A DNA stretch of 53,148 bases, filler included, from Jimgerdemannia flammicorona (Eukaryota), in NCBI GenBank assembly GCA_003990765.1. It is 2 parts of 2 records of this genome, joined end to end, with 100 filler letters (N's around TTAATTAATTAA, not from the genome) between each part and the next. Parts side by side here need not be neighbours in the genome. Positions count along the whole stretch, not along the records: positions 1 to 26,526 come from RBNJ01000720.1; 1 more part is not named here. One strand, 5' to 3'. Below, in pieces: positions 1-12,247 of the stretch. The position numbers were made by a program, and so were the translations under genes. Positions within the stretch are counted from its first letter, which is position 1. Every line of letters begins with the position of its first letter. The notes beneath the pieces were generated by a model, which was given only the letters and a program-made list of their open reading frames with translations, ran no database searches and was not told where the DNA came from.

Positions 1-1431
1 CAAGGCACTGGTAGAATTTGTACTCGAACTTGCGGGCGAGGTCGTCTGGCAGGGGAGAGTATGAACCGATGGTATATAGAATGCCGTGTTCGGCCATGTC
101 TCGGGCGACACTGCGAGTATTGCAGGCGGACAGAAACGCCAGTCGTGCCTTCCTGTCCAGCCGCGACGGTCAGATATAGTGTGGTCCGCAATATCTGTAA
201 TCCGCATTGCACCGACGCATCCGGTGTGTGCCCCGTTCGTGTCCGGCGTGTGCCCCAGTTGTGGACCGGATGTTTTATTCCCACAGTTTACTCTTTACCG
301 CCACCCACCACCACCTCTTCCTCTTCCTCTAACTATGGGTCGTGTTAAACAGAACACATCATCAACCAAGAGCACCGAATTGGCCCGTGCGGCCAGACGT
401 GTGAGCCCCAAACCCCCCGGTGCAAGACGATTGAACAGATTTGCCCTCCTGGGTGCCAGCGAACTCACGGAAATCAAGACTCTAAGTACAAAAGCCAAAG
501 ACTTTGATACGAGAGCACCATTAACCAAACGGAACCACGACCTGGTCGCTAGGCAGTGGGACGAGTATATGGCAGTTAATGGAGTTCCAAAGGCAGCAGC
601 ATGGACTATCCAACATGCGACTGTGGGTATGTAGAATGTAATTGCTGATACCCTCGAGCATCTCCTTTATTTATTTATTTTTACTAACATTATATTTCAT
701 TCTCAGATAATATAAAGAGCTTCCTGATTGCGAAAGCAATGACAACATCAAGCAAGAATAAAACACCTATGGCGAAGAAATATCTAAAGGCAACTCAGAG
801 GTTATTACAAAAACTGGTATGTATACCTTCAAATTTGTTTTGATTTTTAATATTATTCAGACTTGTTCTAATATTTGTTATAGCTATGGAAAGATGTTGA
901 AAACTTTCAACTTTCTGATGGTGATAAAATACAAATTACCCAGGTATGAATGTTTGTTATTATTGCTTATGGAGAGGTTTATTATAAATATATATAAACT
1001 AAAATATATATTATATTACAGGCAGTTGATATGATCTCAAACCAGTGCAATCTTATAATAGCTCAAAAGTCTAAAACATTTATTGGCAAATCAGAGCTTT
1101 GTGTTCTGGTGCAGAAGGCACATAGAAATAACTATAACTGAGATCTTATATTTAAATACATTATACTGTAGCTGTTAATGATATTTATAGCCATCCATCC
1201 AGAATTACTTATTTCAAGTACTACACACTATCACTATGACAGAGTCTTGAAATGGAGTATATATTTGATATTTTTTTATTTATTAACATACATAATATTA
1301 TTTAGAGATGCTAATATACTATTTGCTATAAGACATCAAGTTGACATATGAGGGATTAGATAAACTGAGTTCAGTTTTTCATTCAACAATAGTATTCTAT
1401 ACTGTAAAGAGAGGCAAAGCACCATATATAT

Positions 1432-2856
1432 TATAACATGCTGGCTCAATGGAGGCAAATTACAAGGTTGGGGGTTGATGTAGTTTGGCTTGAGCCCCCA
1501 GTTACTTTGTCAAAAAGCAACAAAATGTTCTATGATTCCTGAGGTCCTTGGTGTTTAATGGTATAATAGTCAAAGCTGGATATCTGCGAGCAATTTCCTT
1601 ATTGGGACTGTTCTCTGGGTGTAGCGGCGATTTGTGTGTGAATGGATTTCCTTCTTGAATTAACTGGGAATGCCACAATAATTTGTATAGTGCGATGATC
1701 TCCAAAAGTATACAATTTCCGGGTGACGATCTTGTGTAGCATGATGGTCTGGTAATTTAGCAGTTCTCCTTCTTGGGTGGCGGGTGATCTTCATATAGTG
1801 CAGTAGATTCCTTATGCAGGACGTTCTGATAATTGGGCAGATTACTCAATCTGGCTCACTGGGAATTGTATGGTGTGGGTTCTTCCATAACAGGCTCACT
1901 GGGAATGGCGAATAGCTCAGATATCGTGAGAGGCAGATAATTCAATAACTCAGGTAACTCAGATGATACAGATTCTTCCTGAATCGGTGGGGTTCTTCTG
2001 GGAATGTGGTGGCTTAACTGGGAATTAACTCAAGTGGCACAGATTCTTCTAAATCGGCAGCTTCAACTGGGAATACAGTGGGTAACTTAGAAATGGCGGG
2101 TGATGCGGATTCTTCCTGAATCGGCGGACTCTAACTGGGAAATGGGATGGTGGTTTGGAAAGGGTCTCTTGGCAAAGTTGCATTAAGGACTGGCTTCATT
2201 TGCATGATGAATCACTGCGAAGTTGCATCAGAAACTGGCTTGAGCAAGGTGGCTTTCTTGGGAAGGCGGAGGATAGGGTTCTTCAGGCTTATCTGGCAAG
2301 CATACCAATAGTATGGCTTATTTCTTTAAGCGGTGGGTTCTTCAAAAGGTGGCAAAGTTCTTCTTGAACTTAGGTGGCAATTCTTCAGGCTTATCTGGCA
2401 AGCGAACCAATAGTTCCAAAGGTGACAAAGTTCTTCCTCGAACTTGGCAGCAAAATCAGCTTTATATCGGAAAGTGGACCAGAGTAGAAAGGGGACTAAT
2501 ACTCAATATTTAGAGGCTTCTTTGGTATTTGTATTTCGGACTGAGGTTTTTATTCACTCTCATCTCTGGGGTAATTTATACAAGTTGGTTGCTATCTGGT
2601 TACTATGTAGCTAACTATAGATCTGCTACTTATGGCAGGTGTACAGAGTCTATATGGTATACAGGACCTGTATAGTGTACAGAGTCTGTATGGTGTACAG
2701 AGTCTGTACAGGTAAACAGACCCTTTCTGGTATATCTGGCTATTTATATAGTTTTCCTCGGCAACAGTTGCTGGTTACTAAGCTGTGTGTTCATGTCATC
2801 TTGTTCACATCATCTGGTTAAAATATGATTCAGGTGGTACCTCTTGGCTTGTCACA
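1432..2856 (-). repeat. 3' LTR
   Basis: Colinear direct repeat of 10402-11826. On the + strand it starts TATAAC (TG decayed to TA) and ends GTCACA. Contains ~18-bp tandem repeats (TGTACAGAGTCTGTATGG-like, ~2638-2712). Confidence 0.96.
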
Positions 2857-2869
2857 TTAGCCCCCACTG
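2857..2869 (-). promoter_or_regulatory. Polypurine-tract-like sequence
   Basis: Minus strand CAGTGGGGGCTAA immediately before the 3' LTR. Confidence 0.55.
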
Positions 2870-2895
2870 AAGGGTAGTCTGTCTCAGACTATTCT

Positions 2896-3411
2896 TCAGT
2901 CATCATCCCAATAAGTATAGGCTGCTTCTGTATCTATACCTGTTCCATCATCTTCATTGTCTGTACTGGGGTTACTCCATTCTATGGGCTCTTCTTCTTC
3001 TTCAGGGAATAGGATTTCGACGGAGTTGATAATACTCAGGTAGATAATAGGATTCATTCCTTGAATATCATTCAGAGAGAATTGTGCCTGTGTCAGGGCT
3101 GTGACATTTCGTTTGTAGATAGTGTATAGTCTGTCTGCGGCAGTAGTGTCTCTTCTGGTCAGACCTGTGATATTCCTGATATAGGTCTGTTCTGGGGCCG
3201 AAAGGTTCTGCAATTGTTCACTGATTGCATAATAGGCCTGCAATTGGTGGACCTGTAGTAGGCGTCTGGCCAACGTGAGATTTTCTTGATAGGCTTGGAT
3301 CCTTTGAAGGGGGCTTCCATTGGCTTGACTGAATTGGGGTAGAGGGACAGATAGGGCTTGGAAGGAGCTGAGGACCAATGTCTGGAGGTGCTGATCAATC
3401 CTTTGGCTCAT
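2896..3411 (-). CDS. Accessory 3' ORF of the Ty3 element (171 aa, acidic C-terminus, unknown function)
   Basis: Open frame MSQRIDQHLQ...YTYWDDD between integrase and PPT; its ATG overlaps the pol stop (ATGA at 3411-3408). Confidence 0.7.
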   Translation of the reverse strand: MSQRIDQHLQTLVLSSFQALSVPLPQFSQANGSPLQRIQAYQENLTLARRLLQVHQLQAYYAISEQLQNLSAPEQTYIRNITGLTRRDTTAADRLYTIYKRNVTALTQAQFSLNDIQGMNPIIYLSIINSVEILFPEEEEEPIEWSNPSTDNEDDGTGIDTEAAYTYWDDD

Positions 3412-6400
3412 GATGTAGAGGGGAAATATAGTTTGAGGTGATTGATGTGTACTGGTGTTCTCAGGGTTCATCCATCCATACTTCTTAAATAGATGCTGGT
3501 TCCTCTGATGTTGTGTACAAGGTAAGGTCCTTCCCATTTCGGTTCCAGTTTAGCAGCAAAGTTTGTCTCAATCATACTTCTCCAAACTAGGACTTGATCT
3601 CCAATCTTGATCTCCTGATCCTTCTGTTTTTGGTTATAGTACTTCTTTTGTCTTTCCTGGGCTTTCTTAATCTGTCCTTGGGCTTGATTTCGTAACTGTT
3701 CTGCCTTCTTCAGGAGGTCTCCGAGATTCTCATGGTCAGCAGTTCTGGTTTTCTTAGCAAACATCATTTTGAATAGCTTTTGTTTGGTGGATGTGGCAGG
3801 GGTATTCCGAATTTCCCATAGGATCTCAGGTAAGCAGAGGTCCCAATTAGTAGGGTTGACTTAGGTAAGTCCTTTCTTGATGGTCTGGTTCATTCTTTCT
3901 GTCATGCCATTGGTCTGGGGGTGGTATGATGTGGTCCTTTTGAGGTGGATCTTGTGAATTCAGGCATAGCTTGTGATTATGTTATTGATGAATTCTGTGC
4001 CTCGGTCAGAGATGAGTTCTTCTGGAGGTCCATATCTGAGTGTGAGTCCATGGAGGAGGTCTACAATGGTTAAGGCATCTGCAATTTCCATTGGGAAAGC
4101 CTCAGGCCACTTGGTCAGATGTTCTACAAATACAAGAATGTATTTGTTTCTTCTTGGTGTAACTGGTAGAGGTCTAATTATGTCTACCCCCCATCTTTGA
4201 AGGATGTGAGTGGGTGGGGGAATTGGTTGCAGAGGAGCTTGATAGTTCTTCTTTCCTTGGTACTTCTGGCAGATGTCACATTTCTGGATGATGTCCCAAA
4301 CTTGAGTTCTGAGGTGGGGCCAATGTTGATGTTGTTTTCGAATCCTGTCTTCTATGCTTGTCTGTCCTTGGTGGGCTTTCTGATATTCTTTTTGGATAAG
4401 ATCTTCTTGTACTTTGATAGTCTGAGGAGCTTCTTTTAGGGTGTGGTTCCTTGGGACACCCTTCCTCTGATTCATTGGGGCTGGTGGAAAAGTACATCAA
4501 TATTGTTGTGGGCTTTCCCTGCTTTGTGAATGATGGTGATTTTGTAATCCTAAAGGATAAGGATCCAGCAGGCTAGAATTCCAGCAGGTTCCTTGTGGTT
4601 GAATAACCATTTAAGGGCTACATGGTCTGTGATCAGGGTGAACCTTTTTCTGATTAGATAATGCTTGAACAGGGTGATCACCCATATGACTGCAAGGCAT
4701 TCCAGTTTGGTGCTACCATAGTTCATCTGCTGCTGGTTGGTAGCCCTGCTTGCATAAGCTATCACATGGTGCTGTTGGTCAGGTCCTTCTTGGGCTAGAA
4801 CTGCTCCTAGGCCATCTTTAGAAGCATCTGTATACAAGATGAATGGCTTCTGTAGATTGGGGTACACAAGGATTGGTGCTGTAGTCATACAGTTCTTGAG
4901 TTCTCTGAAGGCTTTTTCCTGTGATTCTGTCCATTTGAACGGTACTCCTTTCTTGAGAAGGGTTTGGATTGGGGTGGCGATTTGGGCAAAGTCTTTGATA
5001 AACCTTCTGTAGTAAGATACTAGTATCAAGAATGATAGTGTTTCCTTTGGAGTCTTGGGTACTGGCCAATTGTTGATCTTCTCGGGTTTCTTTGGATCTG
5101 TATGAGTTCCTTCTTTTGAGACCATGAATCCAAGGAATTCGAGTTTCTGTTTTCCAAAGTAGCATTTCTTTGCATTCAGTCTCAAGTGATTCTTGCAGGT
5201 GAGCTTGAAGAATTCCTCTAGGTGGTGTAGGTGTTCTTCGAAATTTGCTGAATAGATATTGGAATCATCCATGTATACAATCAGACAGTGGTGGATTAAG
5301 GGGGCATAGACTGAATTCATCATCCTCTGGAAGGTGGGGGGTGCATTGCAAAGTCCAAAGGGCATTCAGAGGTATTCAAACAGTTTTCCTAGAGCAAGGA
5401 AGGCTGTCTTTTGAATGTCCTTGGGGTCCATGGGAATCTCATGGAATCCCATGAAGAGGTCCATACTGCTGAAGTATCTGGCATCTTGTAACTGGTCTAA
5501 AAGGTCATCGATTCTGGGCAAAGGATAAGTATCCTTTTCAGTGACTGAGTTGAGTTTTCTGTAATCCACGCAGAGTCTCCATCCTCCTTTCTTTGGTACA
5601 ATAAGTATAGGGCTGGCCCAGGGGCTGGTAGAGGGTCAGATGACTCCATTGTCTAAGAGTTCTTGAATATGCTCCTTTTCAAATGTTTTCAAGTAGTGGG
5701 GTATTCTATAGGGTTTCTGCCAGATAGGTGTTGCAGTATGGCAGGTTGCCATAATCGGTGGTGAAGATATCTTGATATTTGTTGAGAAGTTCTACTAGTT
5801 GTTGCTGTTATTGAGGTGTCAATTCTTCTCCAATGTTGGTGGAAGGCTTCACTGTCTTCTGGGTCGCAGAGGGGCCTTTCCTTTCTTCTGGGACCTTTTG
5901 CTGTTTCCTGATAGGTTTAGTTCATAAACTTCCCTATGAGTTCAGTTGAGAAAAGGCACCAGATATCCTATGATGGTTCCTTTCGGCAGGATGATGGTCT
6001 CCCAACTTTGGTTGGTTGCTCAGGAGTATACTGGGTTCATTTTGTCAGGGAATGTGTATCCCTCTATGTCCAGGTGTGGGATATCTTCCTTGGGTTCAAA
6101 GAAAAGGTTCCTGGGGTCGGGTGGTGCAAATATTTCGAAGGTGGCCTGTTCTCCAGACTCCAGGATGAGATTCTTGTGTAGTCTGACTGGTTGCTGGTAT
6201 ACTTGCTGGGGAACATTCCTCTTGAGGTGGTTGACTTGAAGGAGATGTACCTCTTCCCTATCTGAACTTCCAAATCCCTTGGCTTGTCTTGTTCCTTCAG
6301 TTAGTTCAGAGACTTCCTGTAACTGTGGGGTCTTGATCTTCATGAAGACTGCTTGGGCAATCTTCTGTCCTCTAATGATTCGGTGCCATTCTGCACTGCT

Positions 6401-9400
6401 GTTGTGTAGGATGACCTTGATTTTGCCTGTATATCCAGGGTCAATGGTTCCTCCTTCTACAGTTATCTCTTGTCTGGTGAGCCCGGACCTTGAGGTCAGT
6501 TGAATATAAGCTCCTTGAGGTGGTTGTATGGCTAATCCAGTTCTGACCATGAAGGTTTTTTCAGGCTTGATAGATTCATCCTCCAGGCTGTGAAGATCAT
6601 ATCCTATGTCCTCTGGGTGGGCTTTGGTCAGGGGTTTGGCCTTAGGGTGTAGCAGGGTATACTGGGCAATATCCTTGCTGAGTTCGGGCTTCCCTAAGGC
6701 TGAAGCTCTACTGGCGGAAAGCCTCCAAGCTCTAAGGTTAAGGTGTGGCCATCTGGCTCCAGTAGAGGGGTCCCGGAGGTAATTGATTCCCCTCCTTCCT
6801 GTAGGGTCAAGGGCTTCCATGAAGTTGGTGGCATCTTCTGCCCATCCTTGGCAGGTTGCATGTCTGATGAGAGTTAGGATATCTTCTTCCAAATCATAGA
6901 TCTTGAGAATTCTTTTTCCGGGCTTCTTTGTCTGGCTTTTTCGAATCTGACTTTTTCAGATCTGGCTTCAGTTATCTCCTTTCTTCAAAGTATATACTGC
7001 AACATCATGACTGAGGTGAATCTTCTGATGTCTGCAGTCTTGGCAATCAGGGTGTCTCCCATGGTTGCAATACCCCATTGCTCGGAAATGGTGTTCCTGG
7101 CTATTTATCTCTTGTTGTCTTGGGAATCAGTACCCATCTTGATCATAGGTTGGGGGAAGGGTAGACAAAGGGTATATTTCTGTTTGGGTAAAGAAGCCTT
7201 ATCCTCTAAATCAACTTTGTAACCTTGTGGTGACTTCTTGAAAGGTAGTAGACTGTGCAAGAGTAGTTGGGGGTTCTGGTCTCTGAGGTCTCTGTCTTTC
7301 TTGTTGATCCAACAGATGATACTAATAGCAGTAGTCTCAGGGAGAGTGGAAGACCATTTGATGTGGACATCTTCCTAGCTGGAAAGCTTTCTCTTGGTGG
7401 GTTTCTTTTTTGGGGATAATGGTGATGGTACTGGGTCCTTCTTCGGTATTTCAAGGATCATTGTCTTCAGGTGGTGTCCAATGAGGATCATCCCAAGGAA
7501 TGAGTTCGGGGACTTCTTCTTCTTCTCTGTGTACTTCTTGTTCAGGGACTTCTTGATCAGAAGTTTCTTCTTCCTTGGATGATTCTTGGCCCCAAATTGC
7601 TTATACTTCTATAGCTTTGATTGCAGGTGTTTCTGGAATATGTCTGCATTTCTTCTTCTTCCTTCTGCACTCCAGGTAGGCTGTGCCAGGTGATTTCCTT
7701 GTTCCCATGATCTTGGAGGAGTGCTCAGGACACTTGTGTCTCTTCAGGCATGTAGGGCATCCTTTGGCTTCTCCTGCAATGGCTCCAATAGTGATAGGAA
7801 TAATGTTTTTGGCCCACACATTGTCTTCTGGTCTGTCATCCACCAGGTTAATTTGGGGACTGAGTCTGGGATCATTTCCATCTTCAGATTCTTCTTCATC
7901 TTCTGTGGTGGATTCTCCACTACTGGCATACTCTTCCTGAATAGTGACCTTCTTTTTCTTCTTCGATTGCTCATAGCTGGTCACCTTAACTCTGTACTTC
8001 TTGCCTCGGTAGTCAAACTTGAGTGCTTGTTGGCTGATATCAACAACTGCATTCATTTCCTTCATCCAGTTGGTACCAAGAATCATGTCATAGGTGATAG
8101 CTTCGGTGACAACAGCTTTGGGGATGGAGAACTGAATGTGTCCAAGGGAGATAGTGATATTTCATACTTCTCCAAGGGGTTGGGTTTGGGCACCATCTGC
8201 TACTATGATGCTGAGGTTGGATGGTCCATCAATGGGCCATTGGAGGGTGTCCAGAAACTGTTTGGCAATGATACAGATAGCTACTTCTGTATCTATGAGG
8301 ATTTTTGCTTTTTGTCCTCCAATGTCTCCATGTAAGTAGGTGCTGATATGTCTTTCAGCTGCTTGAACAGGGATGGAGGCTGGTTCTTGCTGTGGGATTG
8401 GAACTCAGCCAGTGCTAGACCTGGTGGTTCTCAATAGTTTGTTTCAGACTCCAGCTGGTGTCAGTTACAGGAACTGCAGGAGAGAGACTTCCATCTTGGC
8501 TTCTTGAATCTTCTGCCAGGCTTCATTGTAAATATCCCTAGGTATGGTCTTTGGGGTGTACTTCTTCTTAGACTTTGGAGCAGCAGGTTCCTGTTCTTCT
8601 TGTTCCATTTCTTCATCTTCTGGTAGTAGTTCATTTGTCTTAGGCACAAAAGGTGAGGGGGTTTGGGGAGGTGTTTCAACTTGTTCCTCCTCATGTTCTT
8701 CATCTTCTTCTTGAATAATTCTTCTGCTGATGTTCCTGGATGGTCTTCCCACAGGTCTCTTTCTTTTTTCTGCTGGGTAGACTGTCTTTCGGGTGGTAAC
8801 CTTGGTAGGATACAAGTCTAGGTCACTGTAGTCTTCACTGTTGCTTGCTTCCTTGAAATCTTCAACTGGATGGGCTTCAGTCTTCTTGTACTGAGTGTCA
8901 TTCCTTTGGTTTGGTGGTTCTGAGTCTCTTCAGTCACTTCTTTTGTTGTCACATTCAGTGGCATAGTGTCTGAATTGTCCACAGTAGAAGCATTGGACTT
9001 GGGCTCTGTCTCGGACAGAGTACCTTCTTTCTTCTTGCTGGTAATTTCTGTTATCTCTTGGTAGATAACCTTGGCTCCTCTGTGGTGGATACCCTCTGTT
9101 GTTTTGGTAGTCCCAATTTTCGCGTATGGTGAGTTTCTCAATCTACCCAATCAGTTGGTCTAACTTGGAGCTGAGGTCTTGAATTTCACTTCTGTCCTCC
9201 TTTCCTTTCTTGGCTGGCCTTCTTTCTTCAGACCTTTCTTGTCCTTGAAGGAGTCCTTGCAGGGCTTTGACCAGGATATCTTCCTTATCTTCCTTCTTGT
9301 CATGATCACTCCAGGTAGTTCCTTGCCTGACATCAAAGAATCCTTGGACTGTATCTACTTGCTCTTCAGACCTTCTGATGCCTAGGGTGCAGACATGCTG

Positions 9401-10369
9401 GGCAATGTTTGGAGGAATTCCATTCATGAAGGTCATTAGACCTATGATATCTTGGTTGGTGGCATTGAACCTGGCAGAATGCATTCTCTTCTGGATTCTT
9501 ATGAAGAAGGCTCTGGGTGATTCTCCAAGATTCATCTTCATTCCCATGTTAGATTTCTGAGCCTTGTAGCGGGTTTCATTTCCTGTATACTTTTCGATGA
9601 GCCAGTAGACCATGGCCTCATATTCTAGCTTATCAGAGAATGCTGCTTGTATCTGTCTTACCAGTTCCGAATCTGGGTTGTTTGCTGTTCAGTGGAAAAT
9701 TCCTCTAGCTGGTTCTCTAAGCTGGGCTTTGTAGATGGCGATTTTTCTTTCATCTGAGAGGTTTCTCAAGGCTGCACTTCCTTCAATTCCATCAAGGAAT
9801 TCTCTGGGGTCTTCCTCCAGATATTCTGCAAAAGTTGGCAATAAGGTGGCCATTTCGTCATCACTTTCTTCTAATTCTGGTTCAGGTTCAGATTCTGATT
9901 CTGATTCACTTTCTGAACTGTCACTAGAGGCAGGAGTGCTTGGGTATCTTGAAGATGGTGTTCTGGTCCTTGGGTGAGGTGGAATAGGCCTAGGTATTCT
10001 TGTAGGAGCTACTTCTGGTTCTGTAAGAGGTTGTGGTAGGGGTTCTATTGGTGATATTGGTGGGACTAGTGTGGGGTGTCTGGCTGTAAAGTGTTGGGTC
10101 TGGGTAATAAAGTCTTCTAGCTCTTGTGCAAGTTCTCCAAAAACTCTAGTGGGGCTGTCTGTATTGTCTGGTTGGGGATTTTGGGCTGTACTGCCTCCTG
10201 CTTCTGGTTGGGATCCTTCTGATGCTGGGTAGTTGGCAAGTCTTGAGGTGATTACTTCTCTTCCTGTCCAAATGCTAGTGATGACTGGTTCTTCTGTAGT
10301 GGCAGATGTTGGTGTGGTATCAAATGTATCCAGTTTGACTGTGGGTTCTTGTGAGCTGAAAAGTCACAT
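3408..10369 (-). pseudogene. gag-pol polyprotein with many premature stops
   Basis: CCHC knuckle CFYCGQFRHYATEC (~8952-8995); aspartic protease ILIDTEVA (~8280-8305); RT DYRKLN, YPLPRIDDLLD, MPFGLCNAPPTFQR, YMDD; RNase H YTDAS, LITDH; integrase H-H-CxxC, WGVD, SDRGTEF, GPY motif (KWEGPY); final stop at 3408-3410. Confidence 0.95.
6260..6667 (-). CDS. dUTPase domain within retrotransposon pol (between protease and RT)
   Basis: All five trimeric dUTPase motifs in ORF 6020-6892: GYDL, SRSGL, GGTIDPGYTG, KIAQ, RQAKGFGSS. Confidence 0.95.
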
Positions 10370-10382
10370 CGATTTGAAATCT

Positions 10383-10399
10383 TCCCAGTTGAGCCCCCA
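10383..10399 (-). promoter_or_regulatory. Primer-binding site, probably tRNA-Pro
   Basis: Minus strand TGGGGGCTCAACTGGGA, 2 nt after the 5' LTR; resembles the tRNA-Pro PBS TGGGGGCTCGTCCGGGA, allowing for CpG decay. Confidence 0.75.
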
Positions 10400-10401
10400 A
10401 A

Positions 10402-11826
10402 TGTAATGTGCCAGCTCAATGGAGGCAAATTACAAGGTTGGGGGTTGATGTAGTTTGGCTTGAGCCCCCAGTTACTTTGTCAAAAAGCAACAAAATATTC
10501 TATGATTCCTGAGGTCCTTGGTGTTTAGCAGTATAATAGTCAAAGCTGGATATCTGTGAGCGATTTCCTTATTGGAACTGTTCTCTGGGTGTAGTGGCAA
10601 TTTGTGTACAAATGGGGTTCCTTCTTGGGTCAACTGAGAATGCCACAATAATTTGTGTAGCACAATGATCTCCAAAAGTATGCAATTTCTGGGTGATGAT
10701 CTTGTGTAGCATGATGGTCTGGTAATTTAGCAGTTCTCCTTCTTGAGTGGCAGGTGATCTTCATGTAGCACAGTAGATTTCTTATGCAGGACATTCTGAT
10801 AATTGGGCAGATTACTCGATCTGGCTCACTGGGAATTGTATGGCGTGAGTTCTTCTGTAACAGGCTCACTGGGAATAGCAAATAGCTTGGATGTCGTGGG
10901 AGGTGGATAATTCAATAACTCAGGTAACTTGGATGATGCAGATTCTTCCTGAATCGGTGGAGTTCTTCTGGGAATATGGTAGCTTAACTGGGAATTAACT
11001 TGGGTGGTGCGGATTCTTCTAAATTGGCAGCTTCAACTGGGAATATGGCAGATAACTTAGAAATGGCAGGTGACGTGGATTCTTTCTGAATCAGTGGGCT
11101 CTAACTGGGAAATGGGATGGTGGTTTGGAAAGGGTCTCTTGGCAAAGTTGTGTTAAGGACTGGCTTCGTTTATATGATGAATTACTACGAAGTTGTGTCA
11201 GAAACTAACTTGAGCAAGGTGGCTTTCTTGGGAAGGTAGAGGATAGGGTTCTTCAGGCTTATCTGGCAAGCATACCAATAGTGCAGCTTATTCCTTTAAG
11301 TGGCAGGTTCTTCAAAAGGTGGCGAAGTTCTTCTTGAACTTAGGCGGCAATTCTTCAGGCTTATCTGGCAAGCGAACCAATAGTTCCAAAGGTGGCAAAG
11401 TTCTTCCTCAAACTTGGCGGCAAAATCAGCTTTGTATCAGAAAGTGGACTGGAGTAAAAAGGGGACCAATGCTCAATCTTTAGAGGCTTCTTTGGTATTT
11501 GTATTTTGGACTGAGGTTTTTATTCACTCTCATCTCTGGGGTAATTTATACAAGTTGGTTACTATCTGGTTACTATGTGGCTAACTATAGATCTGCTACT
11601 TATGGCAGATATACAGAGTCTGTACGGTATACAGGACCTGTACAGTGTACAGAGTCTGTATGGTGTACAGAGTCTGTACAGGTAAACAGACCTTTTCTGG
11701 TATGTCTGGCTATTTATACAGTTTTCCTCGGCAATAGTTGCTGGTTACTAAGCTGTGTGTTCATGTCATCTTGTTCATGTCATCTGGTTAAGATATGATT
11801 TAGGTGGTACCTCTTGGCTTGTCACA
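10402..11826 (-). repeat. 5' LTR
   Basis: TG...CA termini; direct repeat of 1432-2856; differences are mostly transitions at CpG. Confidence 0.96.
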
Positions 11827-12247
11827 ATATATATAATATCTATAATTGATATATGTAAATATCTATATTTTATTAATTTATTATTATTATTATATAGACT
11901 TTCATAGATTATATAATTAGTACAGAATACTCAAAAACCAAACTTGTGTCTTATTATTATACTTATTATCTAAGCTATTCAGTATAGTATCTTTAAAGTA
12001 TTTACAACTCTAAAAGATCTATTTTAGTCCAAATATACTATTATTGAGTAGGCACCAGAGATGCTGAATATTGTGATATTTCAGAATAATATTATAAATA
12101 GTTCTTTATCAATTATCATACAAAAGGTTGGATATTCAGATATATATAATAATATATATAGTATACTAATCTGTATTTTGTACTTAAGTTCTAATATAAA
12201 TATTATTTATCTAGATATATTTATAGTATATATATTTTGCCAAAGTA

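Larger units (their letters stand above)
1432..11826 (-). mobile_element. Full-length Ty3/Gypsy LTR retrotransposon, inactivated by stop codons
   Basis: Two 1425-bp LTRs, PBS, PPT, ATAT flanking both ends (4-6 bp TSD, ambiguous inside an AT run); domain order gag-PR-dUTPase-RT-RH-IN. Confidence 0.97.

Noticed and set aside
1432..2856. Short ORFs and tandem repeats in the LTRs, considered as genes or a CRISPR-like array
   Set aside because: The ORFs are not conserved between the two LTRs, and the repeats have no unique spacers.
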